Source: Lottia gigantea
Taxonomy: Eukaryota
NCBI RefSeq assembly: GCF_000327385.1
Contig: NW_008708401.1
Span: forward strand, 501,969 to 538,892
Length of the DNA: 36,924 nucleotides
Reading direction: 5' to 3'
Position numbers and translations under genes: made by a program. Positions 11,001 to 19,521 of the stretch are shown in pieces (the first letter of the stretch is position 1; every line of letters begins with the position of its first letter). Under the pieces are notes generated by a model, which was given only the letters and a program-made list of their open reading frames with translations, ran no database searches and was not told where the DNA came from.

Positions 11001-12517
11001 ATTAACACCATAAATATCCATTCTTACACTCACTCCACCTTTATTTCCCTGTAAAAATATGTGTCTATTAACAATGAGGTACTTTATTCATATGTATGAT
11101 TTTGCTAACTTAAAAACAATCAAAATTTGTGAATTTCATAGCATTAATAATAGAAAAAAGGATTGGATATTCTTTCTTGAAATGCTTGAAAATGTAAATT
11201 CTAGAAAAATCAGTTTTCACAAATGCATTTTATCTATAATAGAAAGCATTCTATTGGATTTCAGAAGCACTTACCCAATATCCCCCGAAGCCTGTTTTAG
11301 TTCTTTCTGATTCTATATTTGTAACATAGGGTAACATCTGTTTTCTGATAAACACTATTATCCATATACCTAGCATAGATCTTTCTTTACACTGAAAAAG
11401 ATCACATCAACATTTCACATTTGAAAACATTCAAGGACGAAATGATGGAAATTTTGTCAGGGCAGCAGTTTCATTTATGTGCTTGTAGAACACAGGATCT
11501 TTTGATGTTACTCATTAATGGTTGGAATGTCCAAAGTGAATTGCTAACATAGAAAAACCAACTTTAAAATTCTGAAACCTAACCAATTGAGAAACTGTAG
11601 CTCCAGTTTAAAACATTAAGAAATTCTTACCCTCACATAACCTTTTGGAGCTAATAATTTAGTAATGGCTTCCGACCAACTTCCAGATTTAGTCTCAGAA
11701 TTACTAGTATAGACTTCCTGTAAACTGGAAATAAAATGTTTGTGAACACATCAACCAATAATAAAAATACAACAGAAAAATATATATTGGTATTGGCAAA
11801 CAGTATTAAGAGGCCATACAGAAATGGTATCCCCCATTTAGTAAAAAAGACAGAAGATAGTTTGAGGGAGATGAAGAGATTAAATATTTTTTGTTGAAAA
11901 CTTAATATGTGTATCGGGAACACTGATAGCATTGATTTGCACCATTTTAATTTTAAATCAGACAGTTGTGGTTTTGGCAATTTCACTAATCTTTACATTA
12001 TGTCACTATCACAAATGCTGCAATAATTTTCTGAGAAAATGATACCTACCCTATAGCGTATACTTCTGGAAGTTTTGGTTTATGAAGCTCTAAAGCTTCA
12101 GATAAATCTACAGGAGGACCTTCAGCTACATTCCATGTCAATAAATATAACCTTAAATATAACAGCATAATTAATGTTGGATTATTTCATTAACTACTAA
12201 AGCTCAACCAAACAACTGCATCACTTAAACCCTGTGTTATTGCCTAATGTTGTAAAGAAGCTAGTAATTTTAACACCCTAACCTCAACATGGGCTAAACA
12301 ATCAAATATTGCAGGTCATAAAATCTGACATGGTTACGTTTGACTAAAAACTAAAGCATGATTACCAAACAACAGAACTCTTTTTTTGTTATTTCAATGG
12401 CCAAAGTTCAAAATAGCTATAGTGCTGCTAATTTCATTTAAGTTAACCTTACCCTACAGTTTTATTAGAGGCCGACATTCCTTTAGCTTTATTCGTTGGT
12501 GGTGCTTTAGCTGCCAT
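8082..12517 (-). CDS. INPP5K: Inositol polyphosphate 5-phosphatase with a C-terminal SKICH domain (INPP5K/SKIP-like). The CDS spans 11 coding exons plus a terminal stop, about 421 aa.
   Basis: The spliced product carries every 5-phosphatase catalytic motif in the usual order: [79 protein letters not shown] and SDHRPV. Two 3' exons encode a SKICH-like domain: ...DWIGLYR (compare NDP52 DWIGIFR), [10 protein letters not shown], and [20 protein letters not shown]. Intron phases are consistent throughout. The 3' terminus is uncertain. Confidence 0.75.
8476..8661 (-). CDS. INPP5K: INPP5K-like gene, exon K: SKICH-like domain.
   Basis: The acceptor is ttgtag|ACTGATTTC. The peptide is [62 protein letters not shown]. 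The donor is AAG|GTAATATT. The exon is a 62-codon open frame in phase with exon J. Confidence 0.6.
9082..9219 (-). CDS. INPP5K: INPP5K-like gene, exon J: start of the SKICH-like domain.
   Basis: The acceptor is gtatattttcag|GTATTCCCC. The peptide is [46 protein letters not shown], where DWIGLYR is the SKICH signature. The donor is CGG|GTAAAT. Confidence 0.65.
9770..9932 (-). CDS. INPP5K: INPP5K-like gene, exon I.
   Basis: The acceptor is tatttcag|TGAAAAAC. The peptide is [55 protein letters not shown]. The donor is CAG|GTAGGT. Confidence 0.8.
10041..10150 (-). CDS. INPP5K: INPP5K-like gene, exon H.
   Basis: The acceptor is ttatttgtag|CTACTACTG. The peptide is [36 protein letters not shown]. 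The donor is CAG|GTAAGT. Confidence 0.8.
10358..10469 (-). CDS. INPP5K: INPP5K-like gene, exon G.
   Basis: The acceptor is attttag|TTATGTATTC. The peptide is [38 protein letters not shown]. The donor is CAG|GTAGAG. Confidence 0.8.
10688..10755 (-). CDS. INPP5K: INPP5K-like gene, exon F.
   Basis: The acceptor is cttatttag|GACTATGAC. The peptide is [22 protein letters not shown]. The donor is GA|GTGAGT. Confidence 0.7.
10941..11048 (-). CDS. INPP5K: INPP5K-like gene, exon E: catalytic core.
   Basis: The acceptor is ttttacag|GGAAAT. The peptide is [36 protein letters not shown]. The donor is GAG|GTTTGT. Confidence 0.8.
11275..11391 (-). CDS. INPP5K: INPP5K-like gene, exon D.
   Basis: The acceptor is ctttttcag|TGTAAAG. 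The peptide is [39 protein letters not shown]. The donor is TGG|GTAAGT. Confidence 0.75.
11631..11724 (-). CDS. INPP5K: INPP5K-like gene, exon C.
   Basis: The acceptor is tttccag|TTTACAGG. The peptide is [31 protein letters not shown]. The donor is AGG|GTAAGA. Confidence 0.7.
12050..12151 (-). CDS. INPP5K: INPP5K-like gene, exon B.
   Basis: The acceptor is atatttaag|GTTATATTT. The peptide is [35 protein letters not shown]. The donor is GG|GTAGGT. Confidence 0.75.
12453..12517 (-). CDS. INPP5K: INPP5K-like gene, exon A: start codon.
   Basis: The ATG is the reverse complement of 12515..12517, in a good Kozak context (CCAAAATGG). The peptide is [21 protein letters not shown]. The donor is GG|GTAAGG. 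The frame also stays open upstream to an ATG at 12649 (see findings). Confidence 0.6.
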
Positions 12518-12805
12518 TTTGGAGTCTGATAACTCTGGTTGTATATAATAGTAAATACAATAGCCTACATATGGTATTAATACTACATTTACTATTACAA
12601 AAACATAAAACCAGTTTGATGTTGTTGTACTACTAGTAACCATCCACAATAAAATCTAGAATAAAAGTTACAATAGTGATTATAAATATGGCACTTGAAT
12701 AGAGCCACTGTCATTAAGTAACCAGAGCTCAGTTTCTGGAGATGCTAGATGAAAAATAGCACCAATGTTAGGGGACGTTTTTACTATTAAATGACCCACA
12801 GGCAA

Positions 12806-12830
12806 CCCCCCCCCCCCCCCCCCCCCCCCC
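12806..12830. repeat. C25 homopolymer (G25 on the minus strand) in the divergent INPP5K-like/RPAIN intergenic region.
   Basis: A direct read shows ggcaa followed by 25 C and then tttccaac. The false poly-Pro ORF 12791..13132 is produced by this run. Confidence 0.9.
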
Positions 12831-12900
12831 TTTCCAACATTAACAAGGACAGGGTTGTTGTGCGGCTATTATGCGCATATTATGAAACAGTACATTTAAG

Positions 12901-12913
12901 CTCTCTCTCTCTT
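12901..12913. repeat. (CT)6 microsatellite.
   Basis: The sequence reads ctctctctctctt. It lies 70 bp downstream of the C25 run in the same bidirectional promoter region. Confidence 0.8.
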
Positions 12914-13426
12914 GGAAATTCTCTTTCAATAGGAGGCCTGTTCCAAATGGCTCAATGGCTTAACCTAAACGTTTATGGAATTTGTTTTAAAATTGACAAG
13001 TTTTTTTTTACTTTTTTTGTGCCAATGACATTGGCCTCTTGTGATCAACGTCATCAAACTCTGTGTATTGCACATTCTTGCCAGATTACACACATTGAAA
13101 ACAATCTGGCATTACCGTATAAAACGTCATAACGCGCTAAAGATTTTCAAGGTAAACAACAACACTCTGCCACTGAGAGGAAAACTTTCTTGTACGGAAG
13201 TACTTTTTAGTTTCTGTCAAGCCTCCCAGCCTGTAAACGTGAAATCGAGCACCTGCAAATTTTATTTTCAATTTTGTTTGTACTGAGCTCCAGCTACTAA
13301 ATTACATTTGACTTCGGCTTTGCCTTTGCTTGTCTTGTATTGTTGATTGACTGTCCTCACAATTTTGCAATTTACATCTTCAGTTTCACTTTTTAAAATC
13401 TCATTTACTGATACTAATATTAAGAG

Positions 13427-13507
13427 ATGGCTGAAGCTACAATGAAAACCAGACGTCAAGATATGTATAAAGCAAGAACTCCACCCTGGAAAGAGACCTA
13501 CAGAAAG
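13427..13507 (+). CDS. RPAIN: RPAIN exon 1.
   Basis: The ATG is at 13427. The peptide is MAEATMKTRRQDMYKARTPPWKETYRK. The donor is AAG|GTTGGT. Confidence 0.8.
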
Positions 13508-16007
13508 GTTGGTATAATAATTCATAAGAAGATATCATAGTCTGCAATTAGAACGCTTCTTGAGTTACTTGAGTCAACAATTGCTTAGCAAGTTGATATG
13601 AAATATGATTGTGGCATATCAATTGCAAACTCATGACAAAATGTTTTCAGAAAAGTGTTTAGAAATATGGAAGTGGTGTGAGTCTTAAAAATGTAGACTA
13701 TGGTACCATTCTGAAGCTTGATTTGTGAACCAGGCATTCATTTCCGAGAGTCCAATACTATAGTTTATATATATTTTTGCTATATTTATTATTACATTAC
13801 AAATCTAAGCATGGCATATCACATGATAACTCATGACAAAATGTATTCTGAGAAATGTTGAATTGTGAAGTCAAGACAACTAGGATATCATGTCATTCAT
13901 GATAGAGACATAACTATGATGTCGCAGCAGGCCTGTTTTTTTGCAATCATCAACCCTTTCAAAAGGAGTACAATAGCTATATAATTGTTGATGTAATATA
14001 TTTTTAGAGATGTTTAGACAGACTAAGAGGAAGTAGAGAGAAATTAATGACAAGATTCAGAAAGATTGATATAACCAGTGAAAAAGATGACTTTATTAAA
14101 GATATTATGACAGATGAACTAAAAACATTAAAACGTGAACAAGCTAAAGATTTAGATATAGAGGTATGCTAGATGGCTCCGGTAACAAATGTAGCTGAAT
14201 AATTTTATGATCTGGTGGTATATTGCATATGGGAAATAAATGATGGTATTTTATCCCCATTCGTATGCCTAATTATCTAATTCATTTATTTTAACAGCAC
14301 AAGGCTAGTTGACATACCTTTCTTTGGTTTATTGTGCTAGTGATGATTAGATTACTTAAAAGTTTTATTTTGTTATTTGGTAGTTTTTATTGGGGTCTAT
14401 TGTATTATAGAATACAGCTGGATAACTTTATTTTGAATCACACATTTTGTGTTTTCAGTTTGAAGATACTGGTTTTAATGGAGTGGATTTGATGTTAAAT
14501 TTATTTGAAGATATACAAGAAGAACTTAAACATGAAGGTAAAAGTTTCTCATTACTTTTCAAATTTGGAATTTAGTAATAAATTTCATAATTTCAAATTT
14601 TTCAGCCAGGTTGTTATTCATTATATGATTTTGACTGCTTACATTGGTTACCAATAACATAATGTTTTATCTAATTTCTTTGTTTTTTTAAAGAGTTGAG
14701 ACTATTAGAAGAGCATGATAGATATGAACACAGTTTGAAATTAGAAGAAAATGTTTTATGTTCTGCTATAGAAAAATTATCAACTGATGAAGTAATATGT
14801 CCTATTTGTCAAAAGTAAGTATTTTTACTTGTTTAACTTTATACCTGACTCCCATCAGACTCCCAAATGGCAACAACAAATTTTTTTGTTATGTTTCAAA
14901 CTTTCTGCAACTAATTTCTTATCAGTAATAAAACTTCACATCAAATACCATACACAGATACCCAAGATTTTCAAAAAGTTTTTAATTCATCAGGAAAAGA
15001 AACAATTTACAAAATGTACGGCAGTATTTTCTTTTCAGATGTCAATCATGTCAACTGCCCCTTGAGAGTTTTGACAGAAGCTGTTGATGTTTGGTTTGGT
15101 TTGGTTATTTTAAGTGATCATATCAGTATCTTTTCTTATATTTCAGATCAACATTGTTATTAAATAAAAATATTATATTCTGTTCATGTGGAGTTAGAAT
15201 AGATACTGAGGTAAGATGTCTTTCCTCTAACAGCCATTTTAGTCTATAGCTTAGATTATAAATTTTTTGTCCAGGGTTAAAAAATAAACAACATTTTAAA
15301 AGTAAGACTCTCTATAGAGAAAATTCAGTTAAATAAAAAAAAGTGCTTACATCACATACTTCAATTACAACTGACCCCTCGTAACTCGATCCAAAAAGTG
15401 ACTGTTTTCCAGGCCCTTTGTTGATCATCAAAACGGGAGGCTTAGTCTCAAGTTTTACAGTTTAATGGGACAGATTCGCCATTTTCGCGGGTTGATTTGG
15501 GTCTTGAATATGTGTAAATAGTCTTCTACTAAGTATACTGTTTATTTACAATTTTTTTTATTTATCTTATGTAACTATTATATTGCAGCAAGATTGTATT
15601 AGTTTAAGTAATGTTAAAAATCAACTTGAAGCCTCTATTTATCAACATAGTCTAGCATGTACTACAGATCCTACATTTAGTATCATAGCTGACTTCGGTA
15701 CACAACATTTACTCATGTCTTGTCAGGTAGGCTTCATCATGATTTCTGTTATCCACATTTTTGTCCTTATAGACTTTAATCTGAAAGTTTTTACCAGAAA
15801 TATCTTGCAGTTCATTTTTAGAATGTCAAAACATTTGCAGTCTTTTCTAATAATGAAAATTGTGCATACTGCCCTTTTTAAGATGACAGTTGTTGTATTA
15901 ACAATTATCTCTCAGTCCTTTCCATTCAGGTCAGAACATAGGGCCTAAACTCATGGTTCAACTTTTATTTGTTACAGGTTTGTGATGCAATGGATATTAT
16001 TGTGTGA
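13427..16007 (+). CDS. RPAIN: RPA-interacting protein (RPAIN/RIP), 7 exons, 222 aa.
   Basis: The N-terminus MAEATMKTRRQDMYKARTPPWKETYRKRCLDRLRGSREKLMTRFRK matches the RPAIN motif ...[29 protein letters not shown]. The zinc-ribbon region is EVICPICQK...IIFCSCGVRID (compare LICPVCTK...VVCQCGLSI), and the C-terminus is QHLLMSCQVCDAMDIIV* (compare SLLMSCLACDTWAVIL*). All junctions are GT-AG. Confidence 0.85.
14008..14163 (+). CDS. RPAIN: RPAIN exon 2.
   Basis: The acceptor is tttttag|AGATGT. The peptide is RCLDRLRGSREKLMTRFRKIDITSEKDDFIKDIMTDELKTLKREQAKDLDIE. The donor is GAG|GTATGC. Confidence 0.8.
14459..14537 (+). CDS. RPAIN: RPAIN exon 3.
   Basis: The acceptor is gttttcag|TTTGAAG. The peptide is FEDTGFNGVDLMLNLFEDIQEELKHE. 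The donor is G|GTAAAAG. Confidence 0.75.
14694..14814 (+). CDS. RPAIN: RPAIN exon 4.
   Basis: The acceptor is ttttttaaag|AGTTGAG. The peptide is ELRLLEEHDRYEHSLKLEENVLCSAIEKLSTDEVICPICQ. The donor is AA|GTAAGT. Confidence 0.8.
15147..15210 (+). CDS. RPAIN: RPAIN exon 5.
   Basis: The acceptor is tatttcag|ATCAAC. The peptide is KSTLLLNKNIIFCSCGVRIDTE. The donor is GAG|GTAAGA. Confidence 0.8.
15589..15726 (+). CDS. RPAIN: RPAIN exon 6.
   Basis: The acceptor is tattgcag|CAAGAT. The peptide is QDCISLSNVKNQLEASIYQHSLACTTDPTFSIIADFGTQHLLMSCQ. The donor is CAG|GTAGGC. Confidence 0.8.
15978..16007 (+). CDS. RPAIN: RPAIN exon 7, terminal.
   Basis: The acceptor is tttgttacag|GTTTGTGAT. The peptide is VCDAMDIIV, followed by a TGA stop at 16005..16007. 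Confidence 0.75.
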   Translation, partial: VCDAMDIIV

Positions 16008-16644
16008 TAAACAGGGAATATAATACGACTTTGTTTCCATCCAACAGTATAGAACTTTATTATTTATTATTGAATGATTAACAATGATTGCAACCATTGG
16101 ACTTGAGACTGAAATCAGATATGTTTTTCCATATTCATTATCATATCATCATTTGCTCCAGTCTCCAGTGTATATAAATAGTGTATAAACTAAGAAAATG
16201 TTACATGTGCAATTTGGTTTTGTTTTTTTTTTTTAAGATTTTTTTTTCTGTATATGCATTTCCATTCCCTTGGGGGTTTAAATCTTCTTTTTTAATTTTG
16301 ATACATCAAAATACTAATGTTATTGGTTTATTTAGCGCATATTAAAACTTAAATTTACAACTCAGTAACACACATGGGTAGAAGTTTCAATGAGTTTTCA
16401 CTTTCATAAGTTGATAATGAATTTTATTTAACACAAGGTTTCTACAAATTACATAGCACTTAATCTGATGATATTTAAACCTCCAATTATTCATTTGATT
16501 CTGTACCATTACTTGAGGGTACCAAAACCAGAAGCATAACACAAAAACTGTTTCATAATTTCTGTGAACTTTCAAAACAACTATATAAACAGTTGATATA
16601 AACTTTGATCAAACTCAACAAACAAATGATATTTTTTGTCACAA

Positions 16645-16751
16645 TCACTCTACATAATCAAATTCTGATGGTAAACCAAATTGTTTATCTATAACACTGT
16701 CATCAAAACTAAACTTGTTCTTAATCCATGACTTGGTTGAAAATATATTAT
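16645..16751 (-). CDS. MND1: MND1 exon 6, terminal.
   Basis: The acceptor is acatttcag|ATAATATA. The peptide is [35 protein letters not shown]. The TGA stop is the reverse complement of 16645..16647. Confidence 0.8.
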
Positions 16752-19063
16752 CTGAAATGTAATTCAAGAAATAAGTGGAACTTATTAGTCTAAGCTAAGG
16801 GATTAAAAAGTTGGGTTTTTTTTAACTTTTGATGTGTGTGTTAAAGGTATTAATGGCTTCTGTTTGCATCATTTAATTTTTCTGTCAAATGTCTATGGTT
16901 CTAAAATTACTTGGGTCTGTTTTCACTTTTTAAACAGTTTGGTTTATAACCTGGACATCCACAATTTGAGTAATCTCCCTTGATGTATTCTCATTTATTA
17001 ATTTTCCTTGGTCTACAATTACCACTCAGCAAAAAAAACATATAAAATATGTTCAAATTTACATCGATTCTGTACAAATGGCTGCTTACCTGTCCACCTA
17101 TTGGCTGCATCCTTAGCAACGACTGTTTCCTGTTTAATTTGTTCAATGACTTCTGGGTCACATTCTCTATATTTTTCTAACATTGTCAATAAATTCTTCT
17201 TTTGCTCCTCTTTCTTCACCAATTCAGCAAAAATTTCCTGTCTTTCTGTCTGAAATCATAATTTTTTAAATTTATTTCATTTTATTTCATACTTTACTTA
17301 CTTTACTATAAAAAATTTTCACACAATCTTTCTGCTTTGCTACTTTTAGCTCAACAAATTCAATTAATCTGTCAATTATTTTGTGAGTTTGTGGTTTTAA
17401 GCTGGGTTACATTTATCTCATTGAAATTCGAACTCTCAATCTGTACGATAATGAAAGAATGCAGGAAGCTACTGTCTTTGAAATTATAATTATAAAGTCA
17501 CATATCAAAACTTTAATATTTTAGTAGTTATCAATACTAATAACTTACCGTATCCTCTTTACCACATTTCACTTTGACCACCATTTCTGTTAAATTCTTT
17601 TCCTTTGTATCTAAATCTTTTACTTGTTTTTCCAACTCTTCTATCTTTGTTCTTCTCTAGGTCAAATATACAAAACATTAAATTTTCAGTACGGTACATG
17701 CTATTTTCTCAATACCTTGTTCAATAGAGCCCATTTTGAGGGAAATATTTAAATTAACTATTCCTAATTTGACCGAAGTGTGTCTGAGCAAAATAAATTA
17801 GTAAATGAATTCAGTAAGCAAGGCTTTTAAGACATTTATACTATTCATACAGCAAAAGAAAAAAATGTATTCAATCCCAATTTCAATTTCCAAATATAAA
17901 AAATATTTGTTTTTTATAGGCTACTATTTTCAAATTGTTTTCCCTTAAATGTTGCAATGGAAAATTTACATAAAAATCAGTCATAAACTTACGTTTTGAC
18001 TAGCTTTACTAGGAAAAGCCCAGAAATAAACTGAAGTTCCTATTTTTTCTGTGTCCACCATTCCATCATAGACTAAACTCATTAATATTTCCTTGACAGA
18101 CATGGATGTTATTCCTTTCTCTTTCTGACATAGTTTCTCTAACTCTTTTAACTGGTAAAATTCTTTCTGCAATAAAACTTATAATATGACAAAATACTCA
18201 GCATTGTTTCTTCAACAGTTCAACACATTCTAAATATTACATTTTTCTACTGTGTTGCACTGCGGCCAGTATATTTCGCATAAGGGATATTCATATGATG
18301 TAACATCATAATGTCTACATTCCAGGGCAGTCGAGGTTTTAATGATGGGTTGGAAGAGTTGAAATATCCTTGTAAATGTTTATGTAAAACAACATAAAAA
18401 TATGTTGCCCACCTTTTCATAGAAAAATTCCATCATTTTTGTTCTTTTTTCTTCAACACTCAAACCTTTCTTTCGAGACTAGAAGAAAAATCAAATTAAG
18501 TATCATAAATCATAACATGAAATAATTATGCTTTTCATGTTCACTTTTCACGCACTGAGTCTATCTTTTGAATTTCACTTGAATTTCACCGATTACTTCT
18601 ATTAATTTGAATTGGTATATCAGCTTAACAATAGATCTGAATGTCTTAAGAGTTAAAATGACATTGCATTAATTAGATATAAACATTGGTACATACATAT
18701 AATTATTTTCAATCAATTAAATTAAAGGATTATATTATGATCCCATGCCAATGCTTCCTCTATCAACTTATAATAAATGCATCAATGTTTCACCATGATC
18801 ATAATAGACTTGTAAAAATGAAATAAAATAGAGAGAGTTTTACTCCTACACTGGCTACAGGCTACTATCACAATACAATGTCCAGCATGAAATGACATGA
18901 CTGTGTTTTAGCTATTTCGATCACTTGAGGCCTTCCTGGCAGTTGTGATTGTGAATGTAACATGTCTTAACGTTGGCCTTCAACTGAATCATTTCATGGA
19001 AAAGGTTTGGGGTATAATTACCATTTTCTCAGATTTTGATTAAATTTCCCGCAAAATTACCAT
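16645..19063 (-). CDS. MND1: Meiotic nuclear division protein 1 homolog (MND1), 6 exons, 205 aa. Exon 1 contributes only the ATG.
   Basis: The spliced product begins M|[22 protein letters not shown] (compare the MND1 motif MSKKKGLSAEEKRTRMMEIF). It continues [55 protein letters not shown] (compare [54 protein letters not shown]). Later motifs are ...[27 protein letters not shown] and [35 protein letters not shown]. The length of 205 aa matches human MND1 as I recall it. Confidence 0.85.
17090..17249 (-). CDS. MND1: MND1 exon 5.
   Basis: The acceptor is tatgatttcag|ACAGAAAG. The peptide is [53 protein letters not shown]. The donor is G|GTAAGC. Confidence 0.85.
17549..17656 (-). CDS. MND1: MND1 exon 4.
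   Basis: The acceptor is ttgacctag|AGAAGAAC. The peptide is [36 protein letters not shown]. The donor is ACG|GTAAGT. Confidence 0.8.
17993..18166 (-). CDS. MND1: MND1 exon 3.
   Basis: The acceptor is ttttattgcag|AAAGAATTT. The peptide is [58 protein letters not shown]. The donor is AAC|GTAAGT. Confidence 0.85.
18413..18478 (-). CDS. MND1: MND1 exon 2.
   Basis: The acceptor is tttttcttctag|TCTCGA. The peptide is [22 protein letters not shown]. The donor is AAG|GTGGGC. Confidence 0.8.
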
Positions 19064-19442
19064 ATTCTCAAAACAACCTGAAAGCTTAGTCAAAGTTAAC
19101 CAGACCGAAGAAAATCATTGTTAATCCTTTTTGTATGGAATTACTGGATAATCAAAAATGTACGGTGTATGACGAACGAGGTAATATGCATATTATATAG
19201 AAGGCCAGTCTTGTCAAAAATCAAAACGTATTTAAATGCAAAATGAACTACGAAAGGCATGTCAAACCTTTTAAATGCAATAAAAACCTAAAACCTATAA
19301 GTTATGTCCAAAATGTAGATAACTTCATGAATCGTAAAGAAGATTTCATTGATTGAAATTTGTGCTTTTATCGGTTTTGGCATGAGAGCCCTTCCATAGA
19401 TTTAAAGGGAGAGAATTCAACACTTTCCGTCTTCAAAACAAA
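18479..19442. promoter_or_regulatory. Putative bidirectional promoter and 5'UTR region shared by MND1 (minus) and the importin-alpha-like gene (plus).
   Basis: The first coding exons are head-to-head: the MND1 ATG candidates at 19022/19061 and the importin-alpha-like ATG at 19443 are about 380-420 bp apart. No other gene lies between them. Specific elements were not resolved. Confidence 0.4.
19061..19063 (-). CDS. MND1: MND1 exon 1 candidate: ATG only, with donor ATG|GTAATTTTGC.
   Basis: Exon 2 begins in phase 0 directly after an in-frame stop (ttcttctag|TCTCGAAAG), so the initiator Met must come from an upstream exon that ends exactly after the ATG. Two equivalent candidates exist: reverse-complement ATG at 19061..19063 (donor GTAATTTTGC) and at 19022..19024 (donor GTAATTATACC). 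I cannot choose between them. Confidence 0.3.
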
Positions 19443-19521
19443 ATGGAGAGAAAATCGCTTTACAAACATAAAACCGATTCTATTGAAGAACAGAGAAACA
19501 AAAGGCGTCAAGAAACTATAG
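19443..19521 (+). CDS. Importin-alpha-like gene, exon 1.
   Basis: The ATG at 19443 is in the context acaaaATGG. The peptide is MERKSLYKHKTDSIEEQRNKRRQETI. The donor is G|GTACGT. Confidence 0.75.

Larger units (their letters stand above)
12518..13426. promoter_or_regulatory. Putative bidirectional promoter between the INPP5K-like gene (minus) and RPAIN (plus).
   Basis: The start codons lie at 12517 (minus) and 13427 (plus), 910 bp apart. The region contains the C25 tract, the (CT)6 repeat and T-rich runs. Confidence 0.4.

Noticed and set aside
12791-13132. ORF 12791..13132 (113 aa), MTHRQPPPPPPPPL...
   Set aside because: The poly-Pro stretch is simply the C25 homopolymer translated. It lies in a promoter region and has no homology.
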